The notes under the pieces are model-generated. The model was given only the letters and a program-made list of their open reading frames with translations. It was not told the origin of the DNA and did no database searches. DNA of 64,000 bases from NCBI GenBank assembly GCA_045803545.1, contig JBJMOW010000005.1, positions 224,001-288,000 on the forward strand, given 5' to 3'. Every line of letters begins with the position of its first letter. Position 1 is the stretch's first letter. Both the position numbers and the translations under genes were made by a program. Source of the stretch: Gemmatimonadaceae bacterium (GTDB lineage Bacteria > Gemmatimonadota > Gemmatimonadetes > Gemmatimonadales > Gemmatimonadaceae). This document shows positions 55,709-64,000 of the stretch, piece after piece.

Positions 55709-56921
55709 TCGACAAAACGTCCTCCGCTAATTGTTGGATAAGGTGACCCCGCGCGAATTTACTGACGAAGTCAGCTCGCTTGGTCGTCTTGAATTGAAGG
55801 TTTCGAAAGGAGCGCACTGCCCCATCGACGTCGCAGGGTGCGAACACCGCCGCGTTTTCCAACTCGCTGGAAACGAACTCCGCGGCGTATCCCGAAACTC
55901 CTGCCCAAACTGGTTTTCCCATCGCGCCGTACTCGAAAAGCTTCGAGGGAAGAACTTTTCGGAAAGCCGGGTAATCGTTCAGGTGGAGAAACAGGACGTC
56001 GGCCGCTCTGTAGGCCTCGATCAGTTCCTTCCTCCTGATCGGCGGCAACACCTCGACGTTCGAAGCCTCTGCCCGCGCGAGCGCAGCGACCAGCTGAGGT
56101 TTTCGTCCGCCATCGCCGATGATGGTGAATTGAATTTCCCGTTCCATTCGTTTGGCCAACCGTGGGACAATCTCGTGAAGGCCCTGTCCGTCTCCGAGGT
56201 TACCAGCGTAGAGCACACTCCGCCTGCCGCTCCCATTAGCAAATGCTTTCGACGCACTATTGCGAGCGTGCGAGCCGGCGGCCCCAGGAACGAGCTCCCC
56301 CGCTATGCGAGTTTCGCCGACAAACTCTTCGTCCACGCCGTTGGTAATGAAAGAGAATTTGCGATGGGGATATCGGGCGCGGAAATACTCGGCGAACCCT
56401 GGCGAGACGAGATTGACCTTGGCTGCGCTCGCAATTGCCGAACGCTCCAGCAGCGAGGCTATCGGCGGCACCAACCAGGACAACGCGGGTGCGACATCTC
56501 GCATAGTGTCAACAAAAATGTCCCGGATGTCCAGATAAAGCTTTGCTTGCACGCGTTTCGCGATCCGCGCCGCAAGGACGGCGGTCATCAGCCTGCTGGA
56601 CGATGCGAACACAGCGTCGTACTTCTGCCCCCGTGCTATTTGCATCGCTCGCGACGCGAACGCCAAGAAACTCAGCGATTGATCGAGCATACCGCTTTCA
56701 TGTCGCGGCAAAGCGACCCGGTGGATCGAAAGGCTCTCGGACTGCTCCGTTTCCGGGGCCTCGGCAGTGAACGACTTATACCGATTGGGGAGCGTCGTGA
56801 TCACGTCCACCTGGCCACCCCTGGGGAGCAGCTTGACGAGTGCATCGGCCAACGCTGCCACCCGGAACGACCCAGCGCTAAGGTCCGGCCGGTAATAAAA
56901 ACTGAGAACGAGAATTCTCAC
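55695..56921 (-). CDS. Glycosyltransferase family 4 (WbuB-like)
   Basis: VRILVLSFYYRPDLSAGSFR, YAGNLG, LPSKLFEY; GTG 56921 in a GTGA overlap with the upstream stop. Confidence 0.88.
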   Translation of the reverse strand: MRILVLSFYYRPDLSAGSFRVAALADALVKLLPRGGQVDVITTLPNRYKSFTAEAPETEQSESLSIHRVALPRHESGMLDQSLSFLAFASRAMQIARGQKYDAVFASSSRLMTAVLAARIAKRVQAKLYLDIRDIFVDTMRDVAPALSWLVPPIASLLERSAIASAAKVNLVSPGFAEYFRARYPHRKFSFITNGVDEEFVGETRIAGELVPGAAGSHARNSASKAFANGSGRRSVLYAGNLGDGQGLHEIVPRLAKRMEREIQFTIIGDGGRKPQLVAALARAEASNVEVLPPIRRKELIEAYRAADVLFLHLNDYPAFRKVLPSKLFEYGAMGKPVWAGVSGYAAEFVSSELENAAVFAPCDVDGAVRSFRNLQFKTTKRADFVSKFARGHLIQQLAEDVLSIVPR

Positions 56922-58582
56922 GGCGGCGCCTTCCACACGATATGGGTCTCCACCGTTTCGCCAACGAATCGGACAACGAGACAATTGGTTGGCAAGCAGC
57001 GGCCGAATTCCGGATGCCAGGTAGTCTGCTCCTGATTTAGAACGCCTTCATGCGCGGCGAAAGCGACCTCGTGCCCGGATGGAAGTCGAAGGTACACGGT
57101 GGTTGGGCTGCCCTGCTCGCTTCGGAATTCCCGGATAGTCACGCGAGGGTGGAGACGAAAACGCGCCTCCGCATGACGGAATGGTCCGCGAATCTGGTCG
57201 CGAATAACCAATGAATGGCCTTCGACTCGCCATTTGCGCGAATGCAGCGGGGATCCCGGCAGCCACGAATAGCCATCATGACTGCACTGCACGACTGTCT
57301 CATTTCCGGTGGTTACTTCCAGGTCGTGTGGTCTTGCCCGACGACCTGTTCGGAAGGAGCTCCAGATCTCCGAGGAGTTAGCGTGATCGATCGTGACCGT
57401 GTTGTGCGCAGGCGTTCCACGCTGACGGACGCGTTCGGCGCCCACCTCATATAGTGAAGTACCAGAGTTCACGAACACTCTTTCGCCAAACAACGACAGT
57501 TCGAAAGAAAGGGTGTCGGCATGGCTATGCGCGGGCAAGTAGTCGGGCCCAATAGGGCCAACGTCGAGCATAGCCGTCAACGCTGGTGCGTCGATCCTTA
57601 CATAGCCGCTTGATGCCAGTAGCGTAGGCGAATTACTGCGGATTTGTGCGGCGCCGATGTTCAGTCGCTGCGAATAACCATATAGTTCTTCCGGTCGTGG
57701 CGCGACACCGAAAGCCGCATCGTTGAAAAATGCGATGTCGCCGTCTGGATGCGTCATCGCAGACAGCCATGACTGCATCCTGGCAATGACCTGACGCCAA
57801 TGGTCCGATTCCTCGTCAAATCTCGGCGTCGATACGTGTGACACCGCAGCGAGGTTCGTGAGGTCGAGCAGCGATTCGAGAACGAGCGCATGGTACATCG
57901 GGCTTAACTCGAAATGGCCACCGTCGGCCAACACCTGCTCCCGAAGCTCGCGATCCAGGATTCTCAGCCCGGTGCGAAGCCAGCTCTCCGCTTCGGAACC
58001 CCTGAAGAACGCCCCTGAAAAGACGAGAGCCTGGGCATTGGCGAGAAGATGATTTCCCAGGAGGTGTGTTTCCAGATTCCGGGCCAGCCAGCGAGCCTGA
58101 ATGCCGAGACTCTCGATGCAGGAACAAGGCAGCTCGTTTCCCGCAAGCGACCATTTGATCCAGTTGACGATGCGGCGCGAAGTCGGAAAAGGCTCCCACG
58201 CTGTCCCGCGCGCTGGCTCATTCTCCGCGACCCATCGCTCGAGAATGCCGCGATGCCAGTCGGCACGGCTGGCGGCATCAACCGCAGTCAGATCGTCGAA
58301 ATAGTGGAGATTATATCTCCACAGTTTTGACCACTCAGTATTATCCCAACCGCCCGGGGCGACATCATTGGTTTCGTTGAGGAATTGGAATGACGACGGT
58401 CCCACCATCCGCGCTGAGAGGCGTGCCGGGGCCATCCAGGCTGAACTCGACAAACTCCTTCTTGGCGGGGCGCTTCGGAGATCTAGTTTTGGTTTTATTA
58501 GATAACGACGGGCACGTCCCAAGATCTGCCCCGCACGCAGGTGCCTGATCGTATTCCAATACGTCTGCAGGCCCGCGCTCAC
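56918..58582 (-). CDS. Heparinase II/III family protein (O-antigen/capsule-locus type)
   Basis: LWRYNLHYFD, HLLGNHLL, DGGHFELSPMYH, HSHADTLSFELS, AHNTV. Confidence 0.88.
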   Translation of the reverse strand: MSAGLQTYWNTIRHLRAGQILGRARRYLIKPKLDLRSAPPRRSLSSSAWMAPARLSARMVGPSSFQFLNETNDVAPGGWDNTEWSKLWRYNLHYFDDLTAVDAASRADWHRGILERWVAENEPARGTAWEPFPTSRRIVNWIKWSLAGNELPCSCIESLGIQARWLARNLETHLLGNHLLANAQALVFSGAFFRGSEAESWLRTGLRILDRELREQVLADGGHFELSPMYHALVLESLLDLTNLAAVSHVSTPRFDEESDHWRQVIARMQSWLSAMTHPDGDIAFFNDAAFGVAPRPEELYGYSQRLNIGAAQIRSNSPTLLASSGYVRIDAPALTAMLDVGPIGPDYLPAHSHADTLSFELSLFGERVFVNSGTSLYEVGAERVRQRGTPAHNTVTIDHANSSEIWSSFRTGRRARPHDLEVTTGNETVVQCSHDGYSWLPGSPLHSRKWRVEGHSLVIRDQIRGPFRHAEARFRLHPRVTIREFRSEQGSPTTVYLRLPSGHEVAFAAHEGVLNQEQTTWHPEFGRCLPTNCLVVRFVGETVETHIVWKAPP

Positions 58583-59700
58583 GCCGGTTTATTCGTCAGC
58601 AGAGTTTGCAGGACCGTCACGATTCGTTCTCCCGAGTGCCCGTCCCACTTAAGCGGGATGCTGCCCTTTTTCCATTGCCCGGCAAACAGACGCTCGAACG
58701 CTGGCCTGAGGGCGGAAGGCTTCGTACCGAGCAGCTCGTTCGTGCCCACCGAAACGGTTTCGGGTCGTTCCGTGCTGTCTCTAAGGGTCATGCAAGGGAT
58801 TCCAAGAACAGTCGTCTCCTCAGTTATGCCGCCCGAGTCGGTCACGACACACATCGAATGCTTAACCAGGAACACGAACTCTAGATACGCCTGCGGCGGC
58901 ACCACAACAAGGTTCTTCGGAAGTTTTGTGATGCGCCCCAGCGTCTTTGCCGTCCGTGGGTGCGCCGGGAAAACAACAAGATGATCTCCGGCGCATCCCG
59001 CAATCTGCTGCACAAGATTCTCGAAGCCGGAGAGATTGTCGACGTTGGCCGGACGGTGAAGGGTTACCACCACGTAGTCGCCACGCGTTAGCCCGACACC
59101 ATCCCAGAATTCCGGCTGGACCAGTTTGTGGAGGTTGGCCTGGAGCGTATCGATCATAGTGTTGCCAACGAAGAAAATTCTTTCTGCTGGAGCACCCACG
59201 TTACGCAGATTCTCGCCCGCGAGTTCGCTGGTCGTAAAGAACATGTCTGCGATCGAGTCAGTCACAACACGGTTGATTTCCTCGGGCATCGTCCAGTCAC
59301 CGGAACGAATCCCTGCTTCTACGTGGGCGACTGGCACGCCGACTTTCTTCGCGGCAATCGCGCACGCCATCGTCGAATTCACGTCACCGACGACGAGGCA
59401 GAGGTCACTTCGATCCCTGAGCAGCAATTCTTCATAACGCACCATTATCGCTGCGGTTTGCTCGGCTTGCGTGCCCGACCCAACCTCGAGATTGACGTCC
59501 GGCGCAGGGATGTCGAGCTGAGCAAAAAAATCGCCCGACATGCGGGCGTCGTAATGTTGGCCGGTATGCACCAATCGATGTCGCAGACTCTTCTTCGCTG
59601 CGTCGTTGGCCTCAAGCGCACGGAGAATCGAGGAGATCTTCATGAAGTTCGGGCGCGCCCCCGCAATCAGATCGATACGCGGTGAACGACTCGAGCTCAT
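58579..59700 (-). CDS. wecB: UDP-N-acetylglucosamine 2-epimerase (non-hydrolysing)
   Basis: GARPNFMK, HTGQHYD, GDVNST, HVEAGIRS, PEEINR, TDSGGITEE. Confidence 0.93.
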   Translation of the reverse strand: MSSSRSPRIDLIAGARPNFMKISSILRALEANDAAKKSLRHRLVHTGQHYDARMSGDFFAQLDIPAPDVNLEVGSGTQAEQTAAIMVRYEELLLRDRSDLCLVVGDVNSTMACAIAAKKVGVPVAHVEAGIRSGDWTMPEEINRVVTDSIADMFFTTSELAGENLRNVGAPAERIFFVGNTMIDTLQANLHKLVQPEFWDGVGLTRGDYVVVTLHRPANVDNLSGFENLVQQIAGCAGDHLVVFPAHPRTAKTLGRITKLPKNLVVVPPQAYLEFVFLVKHSMCVVTDSGGITEETTVLGIPCMTLRDSTERPETVSVGTNELLGTKPSALRPAFERLFAGQWKKGSIPLKWDGHSGERIVTVLQTLLTNKPA

Positions 59701-61850
59701 GTCTGCATTGACTCCGCGATATCAATCGCAATTCGACTCACCTCGAGTAGCTCGGGAACCGGAATGGGCGGCTGGCCGCCCGCGGTCACCGCAGAGATGA
59801 AAGCGCGAGCTGCGTCACGTTGCCCTTTGTCCTGTCGGAGCAAACGCATCGAGCTGAAACCCGGCCAACCGTAGCCAGTCAGTTTTCGGAAATTGTCGAG
59901 ATGCAGGACACGGCCGGCCGCGAACACCTCCAGTCGCTCTTTGGAAAGCGACTTATGTCCGTTCGCGAGGTACATGAGGCTGCCAATCGATCCATTCTCA
60001 AAGCGCAGAGTGACCGATGCACTGTCGCGTGGGCCCAGGCGCGATTTCGTAGCCAGCGACGCGACATCGCGGTCGACAATCGGGGATCCTGCCAGGAAAC
60101 GAAGCAAGTCGATGAAGTGGCACGCTTCGCCGACTATCCTGCCGCCGATGGAGACGTCCTGTGTCCAGTGATCCGCAGGTACCGCGCCCGCATTCACCGT
60201 CATGGTGATCGCGATGGGTTCGTTAACCGCGGTCAAAAGCTGTTTCATCCGCACAATATGCGGCGCGAATCTCCTGTTGAAGCCAGCCATCAAAACCGGT
60301 GCGTACTTTCCCCGCGCTTCGAACACGGCGTGATCAATAGCGTCCACCTGAGACAGGGTCGTCGCCAACGGTTTCTCAACGAATACGTGCTTCCCCGCCT
60401 GCAAACCCTCGATAACGTATGCGGCGTGGCTGTCGTGACGGGTAGCCACGACGACAGTGGTTACTTCCGGGTCGTCAAAGATCGTAAGAGGATCCGTAGT
60501 GGTCTGCTCGAACCCGAGTTTCGTGCCTACGTAAAAACCTGTGAGTCCGCTTTGGGATACGATTGTCTTGAGTCGGGCGCCCGTGTCTCTGAAAGCAGGT
60601 CCTAAGACAGCAGACGCGTAATTGCCGGCTCCAATGAATCCGACTACTGCGCGTGAGCCGCTCGTTGATCTCGCAGAGACGCTCCTGGTCGAGCGGTCCA
60701 AGCGAACTGTCGACACCCGCGGGTTCGCGCTCTCAGCAGGATCTCTCTCCGGATACTCGAGCAGAATCCCCAAAGCATCCCGGTCGCTGAGCAGCTCATA
60801 AGCAGCCTCAGCATTGGCGATCGGAGCCTTGTGGGAAATCAGAGGAGAAACATCGAGACGGCGGTCTGCCATCATGTCGAGCACGGCTTCGAAATTCCGC
60901 TGCTCCGTCCACCGAACGTATCCAACCGGATAGTCAAACCCTTTCTGCTCGTAACTTGAATCGTATCTCCCGGGCCCGTACGAACAGGAGACCTGGAAGC
61001 TCAGCTCCTTCGAGTAAAAATCCGCTCGCGATAACTCCAGACCCGCGACTCCAACGAGCACAATCCGGCCGCGCTTGCGGCACATGCGTGCAGCGTCTTC
61101 GACCGGTGCGTTGCTGTCAGTAGCTGCGGCGATGATCACCGCGTCGACTCCCCGCCCACGCGAAAATGCCGTTGCCGCGCCCACAACATCATTTCCATTA
61201 CCAGCGTTTACAACTTCAGCGCCCAACTGCGCTGCCAGCCTGAGTCGAGCGGCATTGTGATCAATTCCCAGTACTCGACAGCCATTCGCCTTCAGTAGTT
61301 GCACGGTCATCAACCCGACCAGGCCTAGCCCGGTAACGACTACGGCCTCGCCGAGCGTTGGCTGCACCAGTCTGATCGCCTCGAGCGCAATAGCGCCAAT
61401 GACAGTGAATGAAGCGTCGTCATCTGCGACGTTCGCCGGAACCTTTGCGCAAAGATTCGCGGGAACGCTGACGATCTCGGCGTGTTTGCCATTGGAGGCG
61501 ACGCGATCCCCTGCTGCAAATCCGACTGCGTCCCTGCCCGCTTCTATCACGACCCCGACGTTGCAATACCCAAGAGGGAGCGGCTGGTCGAGCTTGTTGC
61601 GCACCGCGGATATCGTAGGAAGAACCCCGTCGGTTCGTGCTTTCTCGAGCACTTGTTTGACTTTATCCGGCTGCTGTCGCGCCTTTTCGAGAAGGTTCGC
61701 CTTGCCAAAGTCGACAAGCATGCGCTCGGTCCCCGCTGAGACCAGCGTCCGGGTCGTGCGAATAAGGAGCTCTGTTCGAGCTACGGCTGGCCACGGAACC
61801 TCCACCACTTCGGTCCGACCGTTCTTGAGATTCTGCACTACCTGTTTCAA
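59697..61850 (-). CDS. Bi-domain oxidoreductase (MDR-type + Gfo/Idh/MocA)
   Basis: VSAGTE, LGYCNVG, SCSYGPGRYD, WTEQRN; then IGAGNY, ATRHDSH, VFVEKP, GFNRRF. Confidence 0.9.
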   Translation of the reverse strand: MKQVVQNLKNGRTEVVEVPWPAVARTELLIRTTRTLVSAGTERMLVDFGKANLLEKARQQPDKVKQVLEKARTDGVLPTISAVRNKLDQPLPLGYCNVGVVIEAGRDAVGFAAGDRVASNGKHAEIVSVPANLCAKVPANVADDDASFTVIGAIALEAIRLVQPTLGEAVVVTGLGLVGLMTVQLLKANGCRVLGIDHNAARLRLAAQLGAEVVNAGNGNDVVGAATAFSRGRGVDAVIIAAATDSNAPVEDAARMCRKRGRIVLVGVAGLELSRADFYSKELSFQVSCSYGPGRYDSSYEQKGFDYPVGYVRWTEQRNFEAVLDMMADRRLDVSPLISHKAPIANAEAAYELLSDRDALGILLEYPERDPAESANPRVSTVRLDRSTRSVSARSTSGSRAVVGFIGAGNYASAVLGPAFRDTGARLKTIVSQSGLTGFYVGTKLGFEQTTTDPLTIFDDPEVTTVVVATRHDSHAAYVIEGLQAGKHVFVEKPLATTLSQVDAIDHAVFEARGKYAPVLMAGFNRRFAPHIVRMKQLLTAVNEPIAITMTVNAGAVPADHWTQDVSIGGRIVGEACHFIDLLRFLAGSPIVDRDVASLATKSRLGPRDSASVTLRFENGSIGSLMYLANGHKSLSKERLEVFAAGRVLHLDNFRKLTGYGWPGFSSMRLLRQDKGQRDAARAFISAVTAGGQPPIPVPELLEVSRIAIDIAESMQT

Positions 61851-61875
61851 GCGTACCCCATTCAGGACCGCGCTC

Positions 61876-62682
61876 CTACTTCGTTGCGCGGATCAACATG
61901 AAAAGACCAAGGTTTCGGGCAAACCGGCGTAACCCCGCACGCGGCCAGATTCGCCGTGCAATCGACAGTAAAGGGCCGTTGTGCCGTTGGCCAGCCTGAG
62001 ACTCGAGGAGATCGCCGTGCGTAAGAACGGTAGCCACTTCCACGGCACGAAACTGTGAAAAAAGCTGCTTAGCCTCGCGTACGGTGTAGGCTTTGGTTCC
62101 CGGACTTTCGAGATATCTGGCGTAGACCTCGCGCAACGACAACCACGGCCGCAAGCGAAGGAGGGCGTACCGGACCCAAAGCATCAGCCCGACCAGACTC
62201 CACTTGTGATAAATCATTATATGTGCTTTGCCACCGGGTTTCAGCACGCGCCAGACCTCTGAGACTGCGTCCGGAGTCGCGGGGCTGTGGTGCAAAACAC
62301 CCCACGAATAAACGCGATCGAAATAACCCGTCGGGAATTCGAGTCGTTCTGCGTCGCCGATTTTGACGTTGGAGGTCAGTCCATAGGCCGACAAGCGGCG
62401 GCGAGTATGGTCAACGGCGCGCGCGGTCAAATCAATTCCGCATAGCTCCGCGCCAGCTTCAGCGAAACGCTGATGATCGGCACCTAATCCTACCCCGATC
62501 TCTAGGACGCGTTTGCCCTTGGCAGCATCGAACTCCGCAAATTCGGATATGTATGGCTCGAGCTCGTATCGCTGCTTTGCCTGTAGCTCATACGAGGCAA
62601 CGTCTGACCCGCGAAGATAGAGGTCTTCCCCGCAGGCGGCTTCGTCCCAAAACTCGCGAACGAGCTCTTTCTCAGCGTTCAC
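61876..62682 (-). CDS. Class I SAM-dependent methyltransferase
   Basis: VLEIGVGLGAD, GDAERL, YSWGVLHH, RVLKPGG. Confidence 0.88.
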   Translation of the reverse strand: MNAEKELVREFWDEAACGEDLYLRGSDVASYELQAKQRYELEPYISEFAEFDAAKGKRVLEIGVGLGADHQRFAEAGAELCGIDLTARAVDHTRRRLSAYGLTSNVKIGDAERLEFPTGYFDRVYSWGVLHHSPATPDAVSEVWRVLKPGGKAHIMIYHKWSLVGLMLWVRYALLRLRPWLSLREVYARYLESPGTKAYTVREAKQLFSQFRAVEVATVLTHGDLLESQAGQRHNGPLLSIARRIWPRAGLRRFARNLGLFMLIRATK

Positions 62683-64000
62683 GCGCCGATCCTGTGCTGT
62701 TTTGCATCCACCGTGCGATCAACATAGGTCCGGCACCAAAGCTCGATGCTCATAAGGGACAGGAGTGCGTATGCCGCGTCTTTGCGGCCCGATTCATTGT
62801 CCGCTAACAGAGTGCGCACCGCCGCCGTATCAAAAAGTCCGCGATCGCGTACCGCTGTTGGCGACAGGACATCGTTTACGAGCGGCTTCAGCTCCTTGCG
62901 CATCCACGCTCGTAACGGCGCCCCAAATCCAGACTTGGATCTGTAGATGATTTCTCGAGGAAGAAGCCCTTCCATTGCTTTTCGAAGCACCCATTTGCCC
63001 GTCAGTCCACGCTGTTTCATTCTCGACGGGATTTGCGCGGCTGTCTCGACTAAGTCCAGGTCGAGAAAGGGGACCCGCACTTCGACGCCCGCGGCCATGG
63101 ACATGCGATCCGTGTACGTCAGGTTGTGATCGGTCAGGAAGAAGCGCTGCTCCAGCGCGAGCATCCGTTCGAGAGGTCCAATGGATTCGGGAAGAGGTCG
63201 AAGAAAATCCAACATCGGCGCGAGCGCGCTGCCCGCGGCAACGCGCTTTGCCATGGCTGGCGTGTATAGACCCCTAAGGTCCGACTCGCTCGCCCATAAA
63301 AAGTAATTGGCGATACGTTCGTCGCCGTTCAGATGGGCGCCGTCGAAAATCCTCCCGACTCTCCGGAAAGAAGGTCTGCGCTTGTCCAAGTTCCTCGAGG
63401 CATTCCGGATTGTTCGAATCACGGGACTCGGAAGCCAACGCCAGAAGGGTTCGTAGGCGAGAGCCGCATGCCGCCGGTAACCGGTGAAGATGTCGTCACC
63501 GCCGGCACCCGAGAGTAGAACCTTTATACCGTGCTGCCTGGCGAGTCTGCTGATGTAGAGAACGTTGAGCGCGGCAGGATCGGCGAGTGGTTCGTCGAGC
63601 TGTGTAATCATCCCCTCGATGTCATTCGCCATTGCGCCCGGCTCGACGCGAATGCTGTGAAGAGCTACTCCCAAATGCTTCGCGGCGAGCCGCGCGTACG
63701 GTAAGTCGTTGACAAACCCGTCAACGCCGTCGCCCTCGGCATCGATGGTAAAACATTCGATGTCCGATGCCGCTTCCCGTGCAAACGCGACGATGGAACT
63801 CGAGTCAAGCCCGCCGGAAAGGAATGCGCCGACCGGGACATCGGCGACCATTTGGCGCTGAACTGCAGCTCGCAATGAAGCTCGAGTTTTTTCAACGGAA
63901 GGCCGAACATCCAGCCGCGATTGAATGGGACGGAATTGCGGCAGCTGGTACCACGTCCAACGCTCCCTGATCCGTGCATCGCGCACGGTCAAGGCCTCAC
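62679..64000 (-). CDS. asnB: Asparagine synthase-like amidotransferase (AsnB/WbpS family), 3' part
   Basis: ADVPVGAFLSGGLDSS, LSGAGGDDIFTGY, DRMSMAAGVEVRVPFLD; 5' end lies beyond the window. Confidence 0.9.
   Translation of the reverse strand, partial: EALTVRDARIRERWTWYQLPQFRPIQSRLDVRPSVEKTRASLRAAVQRQMVADVPVGAFLSGGLDSSSIVAFAREAASDIECFTIDAEGDGVDGFVNDLPYARLAAKHLGVALHSIRVEPGAMANDIEGMITQLDEPLADPAALNVLYISRLARQHGIKVLLSGAGGDDIFTGYRRHAALAYEPFWRWLPSPVIRTIRNASRNLDKRRPSFRRVGRIFDGAHLNGDERIANYFLWASESDLRGLYTPAMAKRVAAGSALAPMLDFLRPLPESIGPLERMLALEQRFFLTDHNLTYTDRMSMAAGVEVRVPFLDLDLVETAAQIPSRMKQRGLTGKWVLRKAMEGLLPREIIYRSKSGFGAPLRAWMRKELKPLVNDVLSPTAVRDRGLFDTAAVRTLLADNESGRKDAAYALLSLMSIELWCRTYVDRTVDAKQHRIGA

Noticed and set aside
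55731..57035. Long antisense ORFs (also 6677-7819, 20576-21571, 24945-25982, 35063-35965)
   Set aside because: Shadow frames opposite well-supported genes, as expected in GC-rich DNA

Overview
GC-rich bacterial chromosome segment. Gene order and proteins suggest Gemmatimonadota, but this is inference and was not verified. Bases 1-34.6 kb hold housekeeping genes, mostly on the minus strand: the 5' end of infC (ATC start, structured leader), a VOC protein, an MBL hydrolase, a DEDDh exonuclease, arginine deiminase, rex with a perfect Rex operator, rsmA, an RsbU/RsbW/RsbV partner-switching trio, pta, coaD, rsmD, recJ, a zinc-ribbon protein, dnaG, mutS2, yqeY, rpsU, HIT, rsmE, prmA, dnaJ, hrcA, hemW, dprA, obgE, a CMD protein, asparaginase II, mlaDFE, a heptose kinase, a YfiM-like protein and a Wzi-like protein. 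After tRNA-Ile(CAT) and tRNA-Val(CAC) comes a ~29 kb surface-polysaccharide region that runs off the window end. No CRISPR array, rRNA, integrase or transposase was seen. The most unusual signals are intergenic. (1) There are several families of 130-220 bp palindromic elements; in one family the two copies share the same flanks but carry their conserved core in opposite orientations. (2) A ~400 bp triple-hairpin region lies next to rpsU. (3) GCGGGAR heptamer arrays sit beside start codons, one inside a signal-peptide coding region. (4) TANNNT boxes recur 5-7 nt before start codons, suggesting leaderless mRNAs. (5) There is a candidate L20-type attenuator before infC, and two small unannotated upstream ORFs.
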